Below are positions 38,918 to 47,339 of a stretch of DNA of 64,000 nucleotides, in pieces. Below the pieces are notes generated by a model. The model was not told the DNA's origin, did not search any database, and saw nothing but the letters and a program-made list of their open reading frames with translations. The translations under genes were made by a program, and so were the position numbers. The DNA lies in assembly GCA_964424355.1 (NCBI GenBank), contig CAYRIO010000014.1, forward strand, positions 2,890 to 66,889. Reading direction: 5' to 3'. This DNA comes from an uncultured Peptostreptococcaceae bacterium (GTDB lineage Bacteria > Bacillota > Clostridia > Peptostreptococcales > Acidaminobacteraceae). Position 1 is the first letter of the stretch, and each line of letters starts with the position of its first letter.

Positions 38918-39322
38918 TCATGACCCGCTGCGCGATAACGCATTTTCTACGGCTTTCCGAATCACTTTACTGGAGCTGGTAGCACCGCTGACAGAATCCA
39001 CAGCGGTCGTCTGCTTTTCTAAAATCGAATCTACAATCCCCTCGGCTGGGGCCCCCTTGCCGTTTCTGTGTTCAAGAAGTTTCAGGTCAGTCATCACGCC
39101 ATGCTTAACCGTTGCACTGACACGTGCATAGACTAGCCCCGCATCAAAATCCCCTTCGTAGGTCCCATCCGGAACGGCTGTGATATCAATATTTGAAAAT
39201 TTCATATTCTGGATAGTCGCTTTGTATGCCTGCGTGTCCAGAAGAAGTTTACCGCCTGCAATAACGGCGATTGCAGCAACCGTGATGGCGAGGAGCCGGA
39301 ATGCCTTCCGAGCGGACTTCAT
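38918..39322 (-). CDS. FMN-binding domain protein, membrane-anchored
   Basis: An N-terminal anchor helix is present. DSVSGATSSSKVIRKAVENAL is the FMN_bind signature. Confidence 0.7.
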   Translation of the reverse strand: MKSARKAFRLLAITVAAIAVIAGGKLLLDTQAYKATIQNMKFSNIDITAVPDGTYEGDFDAGLVYARVSATVKHGVMTDLKLLEHRNGKGAPAEGIVDSILEKQTTAVDSVSGATSSSKVIRKAVENALSRSGS

Positions 39323-39744
39323 TGTTTTCCCTTTCCTGTGATGCATTCCTTGGCGAATTCTACCGCAGCCGCTATGTCCTCCTGGTTGGGGTGCGAAAAC
39401 CCTTTAAAAAGGAAGCTTCCTTCACAGACATACTCCTCTTCCTTCACGGCGATACCACGCTCCGTCAGAGCGTTCCGCAATCCCCGTTGAGTTACCTTGG
39501 TGGCCGAGGAGGTGATCAGCGCCGCCGATTTTGCATCATCCGGCGTAAGTGTGTTCACATACGCCAACAATTCCGGCTTGCATCCGCCGCCATAAATTCC
39601 GCTGACGATCAGCATAAGATCATAGCCTTCCAAACGCGGCTTCTCATTAATATTATACACAGGGACACTCAGTTCCTGTGAAATCCTTTGCGCGATTTTT
39701 TTACTGTGCCCGGTCATGCTGGCATAAATAACGGCTGTTTTCAT
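39319..39744 (-). CDS. flavodoxin-family protein
   Basis: The N-terminus MKTAVIYASMTGHSKKIA follows GGAGG. The stop overlaps the start of the downstream FMN-binding gene. Confidence 0.75.
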   Translation of the reverse strand: MKTAVIYASMTGHSKKIAQRISQELSVPVYNINEKPRLEGYDLMLIVSGIYGGGCKPELLAYVNTLTPDDAKSAALITSSATKVTQRGLRNALTERGIAVKEEEYVCEGSFLFKGFSHPNQEDIAAAVEFAKECITGKGKQ

Positions 39745-39911
39745 TTTGATACCTCCACAAGTTCCACGAAAGGGGCTGCCTATACACTTAATGTATTCCC
39801 CATACACCGCACCGTCAATAAACATCCGCTTATGAAGTTCTTAAAAAAAACAAAACACCCATGGCACTTCAAAACCTCCTTCTTGCTCCTTCAGGATTGC
39901 CCTGCCACAGC

Positions 39912-39956
39912 AAAACCGGGCATATCTCCACTGGAATGGGAGATATGCCCGGTTTT
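39912..39956. terminator. bidirectional rho-independent terminator
   Basis: The arms AAAACCGGGCATATCTCC and GGAGATATGCCCGGTTTT pair perfectly. Confidence 0.8.
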
Positions 39957-40043
39957 CATGTTCTAAAGTATGTACTCACAGAAAGAAACCTTCAGGTATC
40001 AAGTAACTCCCAGGTTATCCGCTTGAAATGGCAAAGACCCGCC

Positions 40044-40493
40044 TCACCGCATCCGCGTTGAAAGGCCACGGCTCTGAAACCGGCCGCTCGCCCCACCACC
40101 CGAAAAAGTAGCCGCTGAACGCACAACCTGCGGCGCTGAAAGAGCTATACAATCATAACAATGCCGACCTGTCGAAATGGATGCACCGCATTTTTCACAC
40201 CGCAGCAATCCGGCCATGGCCGACTCTGGCGTGAGGCTTAGGGTCTCCTGGCGAACCATCCGGTTCAATTGGGTGATTGAGATCTTCAACTCCTTCGAAA
40301 TCGTCTGCATCGGCACATTGTTGCCCTTGGCGTAGATATAGCCCCGTACGATGCTCACACGGACCGACTCGTCGCTGATACACTGCAGACAGCCCTCCGG
40401 GTGCCCTTGAACGTGTGAATAGATTTCACCGCAGGTCTTGCACTCTTTTGGATCAATGGCAATTTCCTCATCAAAATATCGCGTAGAGAACAT
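40044..40493 (-). CDS. zinc-ribbon plus HTH protein, possibly YvyF/TIGR03826-like
   Basis: CKTCGE...CLQC and CEKCG...CYDC Cys pairs flank an HTH-like segment (PMQTISKELKISITQLNRMVRQ). The family assignment is tentative. Confidence 0.45.
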   Translation of the reverse strand: MFSTRYFDEEIAIDPKECKTCGEIYSHVQGHPEGCLQCISDESVRVSIVRGYIYAKGNNVPMQTISKELKISITQLNRMVRQETLSLTPESAMAGLLRCEKCGASISTGRHCYDCIALSAPQVVRSAATFSGGGASGRFQSRGLSTRMR

Positions 40494-40773
40494 GGTACCT
40501 TCCTCCTTCATAATCGTTGATATGCCCCTTGGCACAAACGATCAAAAAATAGAAAAGAGCAGCAGAATGAGCCTGCTACTCATCGTTGGCGGCCCGGCGG
40601 TCATAGTCCGAAGACCTTAGATCCGTAGCTTTGCGTCCCGCTCTTTCGAACGGTTTGCCATTATCAGTGATTGGTACGTATGTACATTATAGCATATTCC
40701 GTTACTGGCCAATAGCCGCAATTTTCGTCCTGATGGGTGGGGCTGGCAGTATCACAACACGTGCAGTCCCCAG

Positions 40774-41985
40774 CTATATCTGTTCATGAAGCAGAAAATC
40801 AGGGATATAGCGATGCAGAATGCCCTGCCTTCCCATATCAAATCGATCCATGGATAAAACGTATTTCGGGTAATTGTCCTCAATGGCCAGCAACGATCCG
40901 AATTCCCGTTCCACTGTTTCATCCGACGCCAAAAGATACGCTACCTGCAAGTAAATTCTTTGGCCTGCCTTTTCGCACACAAAATCGACTTCCCGGTTCC
41001 CCACTCGCCCTACCCGGACAGCGTAGCCACGGCGAAGCATCTCCATATAGACGATATTCTCCAGGATGCGCTGAATGTCTCGTTGGTTATTACCGTATAC
41101 CGCTTGCCGAATCCCATGGTCTGCAACATAGTACTTTTCATTCACCTGCAGAATCTGCTTGCCAACGAGGTCGATTCGGGGCACCCGATGAAACAGAAAC
41201 GCTTCCTCACACCCTCTGAGGTGGTTCATAACCGTTTCCGGCGCCACTTTTCGCCCTTCACTCTTGAAGTATTTCGAAATGGCATTGGCAGAGAAGGTTT
41301 CCCCAACATGTGCAATGACATAGAGGAGAATGCGTTCCAGTAAGTCTACATCTCTAAACTGATTCCGCTTCATCACATCCTTGATTAGAACTGAACTGTA
41401 AATATCCTTCAGGTATTGTGCGACAGCAGCAGGTTCCTCACTGAAATGCCGGAGAAACGGAAATCCGCCGAACTGAATATACCTGTCAAATTGCCAGTCT
41501 ATGGTCTGATGTTCGCCTTCACGCTGGTACAACGCAGTGAACTCTTCAAAGGAAAACGGAAACACATGAATTTCGATATATCGCCCCGCAAGGAATGTGG
41601 CCAGCTCACCCGATAGCAGCTTTGCATTGGAACCCGTTATGTAGATATCAAACGCACCTTTAGAAAGAAGGGAGTTGATACAGCGTTCCCATTCCTCCAC
41701 CTCTTGGATTTCATCAAAAAATAGATAGCGAAGTTCTGGATTTTCCGTAGCCTTTGCCATCACGGCTTCGTGGAGTTTGGCCGCTTCTGTCAGATCCGCG
41801 TTGGCCATATCTTCAAAGTTCAGCGCCAGTATCTGATGTTCCTTCACGCCGCGTTCCTTTAGCACCTCTTGAATGAGATCCAGCATGACGGATTTTCCGC
41901 ACCGACGGATGCCCGTGAGCACCTTTATCACCTGCTTATCCATGAACGGTCGCACTTTGCGAATATACATTTCTCGCTTGATCAT
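40774..41985 (-). CDS. AAA+ ATPase with a DUF4143-type C-terminal domain
   Basis: The Walker A region is TGIRRCGKS and the Walker B region is LFFDEIQ. The size and C-terminal half are typical of the family. Confidence 0.85.
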   Translation of the reverse strand: MIKREMYIRKVRPFMDKQVIKVLTGIRRCGKSVMLDLIQEVLKERGVKEHQILALNFEDMANADLTEAAKLHEAVMAKATENPELRYLFFDEIQEVEEWERCINSLLSKGAFDIYITGSNAKLLSGELATFLAGRYIEIHVFPFSFEEFTALYQREGEHQTIDWQFDRYIQFGGFPFLRHFSEEPAAVAQYLKDIYSSVLIKDVMKRNQFRDVDLLERILLYVIAHVGETFSANAISKYFKSEGRKVAPETVMNHLRGCEEAFLFHRVPRIDLVGKQILQVNEKYYVADHGIRQAVYGNNQRDIQRILENIVYMEMLRRGYAVRVGRVGNREVDFVCEKAGQRIYLQVAYLLASDETVEREFGSLLAIEDNYPKYVLSMDRFDMGRQGILHRYIPDFLLHEQI

Positions 41986-42031
41986 ATGTTCACCCCCGTT
42001 CAGTTAATTCAATTATATCTTCTTCAATAAC

Positions 42032-42078
42032 AAAAAACAAGGATTGTCACAGTTACAACTGTAACAATCCTTGTTTTA
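42032..42078. terminator. bidirectional terminator, probably the ancestral guaA terminator
   Basis: The arms AACAAGGATTGTCACAGTT and AACTGTAACAATCCTTGTT pair with one mismatch. An A6 run lies upstream and a T4 run downstream. On the minus strand the stem is followed by TTTTTTG. Confidence 0.65.
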
Positions 42079-42217
42079 ATGATATTTTCAGTGTATATCT
42101 TGCAAATTGTCAGCCCTGTATTGAACTCTACGTCGCTTCATCCAAGGAGCAGAGTCTACAAGAGCAAACACGACCAGGTAGCTTATTTTCATATAAGCAT
42201 GGTGTAGCTTATGTGAT

Positions 42218-42228
42218 TATTCCATCTC
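42218..42228. repeat. att core copy distal to guaA
   Basis: TATTCCATCTC is identical to 61445-61455. The minus-strand reading here gives ...GIEME-stop, which mimics the guaA C-terminus ...GTIEME-stop. Confidence 0.7.
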
Positions 42229-42330
42229 AATTCCGAAAAGCGTTGCACTGGTGATTTTATGTGGTTTTACGTTGCTATTGTTGCATATTTTCGTGTTTTT
42301 TGCAGGGTGTTTTTTGAGTGTCGGGAAAAG

Positions 42331-42350
42331 TGGAGTCAATTTGGAGTCAC
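42331..42350 (+). repeat. paired arm-type repeats TGGAGTCAA-N2-TGGAGTCAC
   Basis: Two GGAGTCA cores lie 11 bp apart. The same paired arrangement occurs at 61367-61386. Confidence 0.55.
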
Positions 42351-42680
42351 AACACAGTGCCACCTCGGAACGCTGACTATCATCGCCAAACAAAATGATC
42401 AAGGTTATATCAAAGGGAGAATTGTGCCTAATTGAACAAGTGTGCTATTTATCTTTTTTGTGTTAACCCTTGCATCTTGCTAAATTGATTTACGATACCG
42501 CGCTTCCATATTTATGGTATATCAAGTTTTTCAAATGCATAATGTGAGTTGGTCGACTCGCGTATCTTCATGAATATTCCTACTTACAAACACAAAAAAA
42601 ACGAGATAAATCTCACCTTTTCGTGTTGATATTAAGACTGCAATTATCTGTTCCAAGCAAAAAATGGATTTCAACAAGAG

Positions 42681-43067
42681 TTAATCTATTGCATTTTCGA
42701 TACTATCTTTACGACATGCTACAACTGATATCCCTTTCTCTTTCCAGTATGTAGCGACGGCATTGGTAGCGCACGTATCCACCGCAATAATTGTCTTTCC
42801 TTTCCCAATTGCATAGTCTATTTCTTTACGCCCCATGCTCCCTACCATTACAGCCGCAGGACGTGCAGGTGCAAGAACCACACTCGCGCTGTCAATCTTA
42901 CCTTTAATAGCAGTAGTCACTTCTCTAACGGTCCCAACCAATGGATTTGAACTCTCAACCGACCTATCAGATACATCATATTTTGTCCGATCAATTGCCG
43001 CACTGATTTTATCAAAATCGTCTTTATAATCCCAACGGTGACTTATGAACACATTTTTCTTTGCCAT
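42681..43067 (-). CDS. small TIR-like protein (ThsB/DUF1863-like), 128 aa
   Basis: MAKKNVFISHRWDYKDD is the beta-A strand motif. ...SVVLAP... and GRKEIDYAIGKGKTIIAV carry a conserved Glu82 in the position of the ThsB catalytic Glu. The RBS is GGAGGG. Confidence 0.65.
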   Translation of the reverse strand: MAKKNVFISHRWDYKDDFDKISAAIDRTKYDVSDRSVESSNPLVGTVREVTTAIKGKIDSASVVLAPARPAAVMVGSMGRKEIDYAIGKGKTIIAVDTCATNAVATYWKEKGISVVACRKDSIENAID

Positions 43068-43190
43068 TATTCAACCCTCCATTTTTATTTCCATAGGTGC
43101 AATGTAAGTTTTGTGTACAATAAACAACCAGCAATCCATCGTCAGTAGCTAAACAGAGATGCCACATTATTAAAAGTTATCGACATGATT

Positions 43191-44159
43191 CTATATCGTA
43201 TTCTTTTTTGCAAGTTGCCAATAGTGTTGCCCTTGTACGGTTAATTTACAAAATTTGCGATTGATCGCTGCATAATACATGTGTTCGGCACCTACAGGTA
43301 CCACTAAGTTGAGTTTAACATATTTTTGCAAAATGGCAAATATTGCTTCATGAGCTTTGTCCACTTCTTTCGTGTCTGCTTCATGCTTATCTGGCTCATA
43401 TGTTGGATCTAAAGCAAATTCATCATATGGCGTACTGAAAAACTCTGTAATTCTACGCAATTCGGCTATTTCAATCGGTGGTGAATTCTTTCTTAGAGAT
43501 ACAAAGCCGCTAATATTTGCTTTAAAAATCGGTCGTTGCTCCCACCATCCAAGAGAACGATCGATATACGAATAAATGCTGCCAGGAGAAACTTCCCCAA
43601 GTAGATTCATAGCACCGCCATATAATGCTTCAATCAGCAAAGTTGTAAATACTCCATGTCCATTTTCCTCAGATGAATATTGCTTTTCATCGCATGCAGC
43701 TAGTATAGTAGTTCCCTTATGTAATACTGAATAATGTTGCATTTGATTGGAGCTAGCTACAAGCCCACTATGGCAGCTATCAAGTATCACAACTTTGTTA
43801 CTCGCTTTTGATTGAGCTACAATACCCATTAGATCATTCAAGGATAAACCCTCGTCTACACGGCCCACTTCACTTGTACATAGATATCCACCAAGAGCAT
43901 CATATGAGCCATGTCCAGCATAATATAACACAGCTATCTCCGATTGACCTTCAAAAAGCTCCTGAATCGCATCTTTTAGAATCCCTCTTGTAATGTATGA
44001 TGCATCACTAGTCGCACACAACAACTTGGTTTGAAAGTTCAATGTGCCATCTCCATTACGTTCCAACACAGCATTTACTCCATTTGCATCATTGACGCAC
44101 CCGTGTAAAGCTTTAATTTTTTCATAACTGTCAATTCCAACACATAATGCTTTTCTCAT
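43191..44159 (-). CDS. caspase-like (peptidase C14) protease with an uncharacterised C-terminal domain
   Basis: ALCVGIDSY and LHGCVNDA are present. The catalytic His lies in VLYYAGHG (His83) and the catalytic Cys in VVILDSCHSG (Cys129). The last 130 aa or so match nothing I recognise. The RBS is AAGGAGG. Confidence 0.8.
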   Translation of the reverse strand: MRKALCVGIDSYEKIKALHGCVNDANGVNAVLERNGDGTLNFQTKLLCATSDASYITRGILKDAIQELFEGQSEIAVLYYAGHGSYDALGGYLCTSEVGRVDEGLSLNDLMGIVAQSKASNKVVILDSCHSGLVASSNQMQHYSVLHKGTTILAACDEKQYSSEENGHGVFTTLLIEALYGGAMNLLGEVSPGSIYSYIDRSLGWWEQRPIFKANISGFVSLRKNSPPIEIAELRRITEFFSTPYDEFALDPTYEPDKHEADTKEVDKAHEAIFAILQKYVKLNLVVPVGAEHMYYAAINRKFCKLTVQGQHYWQLAKKNTI

Positions 44160-44287
44160 TATATTTGCCTCCTTAATTCCTTTACAATAGTTATACTCCG
44201 ACCGAATTTATCCAACACTTTATGCATGAAAACGAAAAGTGCTTGCACGCATCCATCATACCTAGTCATTATCGCAAAACTGTAAAA

Positions 44288-45955
44288 TCATATGTCCCTA
44301 TACTTTAACAACAGCTCATATTCATTCATTCTATCAATCAAGTGATTGTTAAGCTGCTCAGCTCTTTTAAAACCATTGATCCCAAGTATTGATCTATACG
44401 GTGAATCAGTAAACACTTTTATACACCTTAGAATATCATCAGCCAAAGAGCTGTTCGCTCCGTTTTCGTCAACATTATTCTTAAAATCCATGCTATTTAA
44501 AAAATCAACTATTTCTTGAGATGCTTGCTGAGGATCATAGTTTCTGTTCCCTGTCTCTATACCCAGCTTTGAGCGAATGTAGCCAAGATCATTTTGGGCA
44601 AACACCTTACTGAGGAATATTATCAAAGTTTCTTTTAGCATTTCAATGTCTCTATTGTTGACAATAACGCGAGTACTCATATAAAAGTACTGCAATCTTG
44701 AAAAAGTCTCTTCAAACGTATCTTTACAGAAACGTTCTACATCACTTTGTTTTATTTTAGTTCGCGCAAAGGGTAAGAACTTTTTTTCGAACCACTCCGC
44801 AGCTGTTCGTATTCCCCATCTGTCTTTGCCATTGATATAAGATATCGATTTGTGGTTCAAATCAACGAAGTCACTTATGTCAACATAAACAGTAACGTAG
44901 TCATGTTGAATGCTGTCATCTTTCACCGCTCTATATATCACATGTTCACCCGCGTTTAGATTCCGATTGTATGAAATAACCGGACTATACACATGAATAT
45001 AGTTATAGTTGCGTTGAAAAATATGCCACTCGCTTTTTCCATTGTCCCAATCATAATTATTCGCAAAATCAATTAGTTCGAGCCAGAGACTTCGATCAAT
45101 ACTTGCGATTTTATATGCGCACACACCGTCCAACATTTTATAATTTTCCACTTCATAACCAACTTCATACTTTCTCAAGTTCATAATATAATTTTCTTTA
45201 TTATCATGTATACATTTGAGAAATTGATCAACACTGTTCTCTTTTATTGGCATAAAAAAAGCATCTGATGCAAATTGCTTAATATGTCCATTCGCCCACT
45301 CCCAATCACGATATTCCCGGAGAAACAAGTCTGTTGTTTGTTTGTGACTCAATAAGATCACAGTATCTTTGTATAATATTCTTGTTGATAATCTAGGCGG
45401 TGTACCATCACACATTATTTCAATATTTACTTCATCTTCATCAATTTTTTCTATTAGTGAAATCGGAACATTATCCCAATCGCATTCTTTTTGGGAGTTA
45501 TCCCTGCTCGTATCAAGACTATGTCTCAGGCGATTCAAAGATCTCTCGTAATGTGCATCTGATGACATATCATGATAGTCCATCGTATCTAATTTTCTTG
45601 GCAAAAATTCACTTTCCTTTTCCTGTTTTGCCAATACAAACAGCAACGATTCTTTTTTCCGTTGACTTCGCTTGATTATATTATCCATTTCAATTTCAAC
45701 ATGCGAGCGCATTTTATCCGAATATGGTTTGTTAGCTTTCTTAACGTATGAAGGTGTCACAATAATCAATATGTAATCGGCTTCATCCATTTCATCAGCT
45801 ATAAAGCGTGAAATATCGCGACCCCCAACTTGGCCTTCATCTTGGTCGTAAACAATCGAATATTTTTCACTATTTAGGTCCGTAATCAGCTTTTTAATTA
45901 AACGAGTATCTGTATCGTCTCTGCTATAACTAATATAAATTTTTGCTTTTTCCAT
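44288..45955 (-). CDS. TIR-domain protein with a C-terminal domain of about 400 aa and unknown function
   Basis: The ATG at 45955 follows AAGGAGGTG. KIYISYSRDD, YILIIVTPSYVKK, SHVEIEMDN (candidate catalytic Glu) and LLFVL form a bacterial TIR core. The remainder is unrecognised. Confidence 0.75.
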   Translation of the reverse strand: MEKAKIYISYSRDDTDTRLIKKLITDLNSEKYSIVYDQDEGQVGGRDISRFIADEMDEADYILIIVTPSYVKKANKPYSDKMRSHVEIEMDNIIKRSQRKKESLLFVLAKQEKESEFLPRKLDTMDYHDMSSDAHYERSLNRLRHSLDTSRDNSQKECDWDNVPISLIEKIDEDEVNIEIMCDGTPPRLSTRILYKDTVILLSHKQTTDLFLREYRDWEWANGHIKQFASDAFFMPIKENSVDQFLKCIHDNKENYIMNLRKYEVGYEVENYKMLDGVCAYKIASIDRSLWLELIDFANNYDWDNGKSEWHIFQRNYNYIHVYSPVISYNRNLNAGEHVIYRAVKDDSIQHDYVTVYVDISDFVDLNHKSISYINGKDRWGIRTAAEWFEKKFLPFARTKIKQSDVERFCKDTFEETFSRLQYFYMSTRVIVNNRDIEMLKETLIIFLSKVFAQNDLGYIRSKLGIETGNRNYDPQQASQEIVDFLNSMDFKNNVDENGANSSLADDILRCIKVFTDSPYRSILGINGFKRAEQLNNHLIDRMNEYELLLKYRDI

Positions 45956-45993
45956 AAAACACCTCCTTGTATGGAGCATCCGAATTACCGGAT

Positions 45994-47337
45994 TTAGAAA
46001 TAATGGCTCACCAGCATATCTCCCAACAATTTCAACGCGCTTTCCTCTTCGGGATCGTTCGTTCCTAGTTCTCCACGAAAGGCACGAGCAAGGATGGATT
46101 TTTTCATGGAATTAATCAAATCCAAAGTGTCACAAAGTTCCTCTGCCTTTTGCTCTTTTGCAACAATGTCATCAAGAATGATTGATATTTTTTCTTGCTC
46201 AATATAAGTAAAATTTGGTACAGGTATTTGACCTACTATACCTTCGTTAAGGTTTTTCATCGTGATACCTTTTGCATTTACTTCTAGATATTCTACCGTT
46301 GCCTGGCTAGACAAAATCCGCGAATACAACAATCCGCTATACGCTTCTGGCATGCGGATTCTGACACTACCAGTTCCACACAACCATCCATTTTCATTGC
46401 TTGAAACGTACGCCGTACGCCCCATTTCACCTCTTCTGGCCATGATTATGTCATTTTCTTTCAGCTTATATTTCGATAATTCCTCTGCCTTTTCTTTAGA
46501 TATTGTGACACTATCTTGTGGAAATATCTTTTGATTAACTATGTGCTTCGGATTTATAACAGGAATACCGCCTTCAATGTAATCTTTAGCATGAAGCATT
46601 GTTCCAAATGGTCCAATTTTGATTTCCTGAGCAATTGTCTTCAACTCAACAATCGAGGGAATAGCACCAATCAATTCCCCACTAAAAGCCTTATGAAGAA
46701 TGGCCGCCTTCCGATTTTCAAAGGAATCCAGCGCATCCTGAATAAGCCCTTTTGCCTGATCCAGCTTTTCAAAAAGGCTTTCAATGCTGTCGACGATGCG
46801 TTGTTGCTCGGGGAGGGGAGGGAGAGGAAATGGGAGAGTGGACATTTTCCCTTTATTTACAATAGATATCGTTGTCGCTGAAGCAAGGTTTCGGAGCTCA
46901 TTAACGAAAGACTCTGAATTGCAGTAGTAGTATGTAAACAATTTGTTGAATTTAGGTATCAGTGTATTTATTTGCTGGTTCGTAGTTGATTCCATCTCAA
47001 TATATCCGCACTTACCAATGGTTCCGATACAACATACACTTGTAGAACCTGATGGGATGATTCTTGACACACTTCTCCCCTTATCAGTTAAATACTCTGA
47101 TGCAAAGTTCACATGCCTTCCTTGATCAAGATCCGCAGGCTTAACAAACGGAAAACTACCTCCATAGAACTCATTATTGTTCTTGCTTGGAGTCCCGCCA
47201 GTTACAATATCGGATACTTCGTTAAGCCTCACCCAAACCCAATTTTCCAGCACCTGATATGGCTGCTCACCCTCTGGCACCAATGCCTGTTCCAACAGTT
47301 CCTTCGGCGTTAAATCCTTCGCATTAACCTTCGCCAT
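45994..47337 (-). CDS. hsdS: type I restriction-modification specificity subunit
   Basis: Two target-recognition halves are each followed by a conserved helix (LPPLPEQQRIVDSIESLFEKLDQAKGL and EQEKISIILDDIVAKEQKAEEL). Confidence 0.9.
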   Translation of the reverse strand: MAKVNAKDLTPKELLEQALVPEGEQPYQVLENWVWVRLNEVSDIVTGGTPSKNNNEFYGGSFPFVKPADLDQGRHVNFASEYLTDKGRSVSRIIPSGSTSVCCIGTIGKCGYIEMESTTNQQINTLIPKFNKLFTYYYCNSESFVNELRNLASATTISIVNKGKMSTLPFPLPPLPEQQRIVDSIESLFEKLDQAKGLIQDALDSFENRKAAILHKAFSGELIGAIPSIVELKTIAQEIKIGPFGTMLHAKDYIEGGIPVINPKHIVNQKIFPQDSVTISKEKAEELSKYKLKENDIIMARRGEMGRTAYVSSNENGWLCGTGSVRIRMPEAYSGLLYSRILSSQATVEYLEVNAKGITMKNLNEGIVGQIPVPNFTYIEQEKISIILDDIVAKEQKAEELCDTLDLINSMKKSILARAFRGELGTNDPEEESALKLLGDMLVSHYF

Positions 47338-47339
47338 GA

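Noticed and set aside
42217-42402. A 61-aa ORF ending ...TLFGIEME.
   Set aside because: I interpret it as non-coding att-flank sequence that mimics the guaA 3' end and contains the arm-type repeats. It has no RBS and no plausible function as a protein.
42000-42700. I looked for a tRNA or tmRNA gene as the integration target at either end of the AT-rich element.
   Set aside because: I could not fold a cloverleaf-like sequence at either junction. The direct repeat maps to the guaA stop codon region, so the target is the 3' end of a protein gene.
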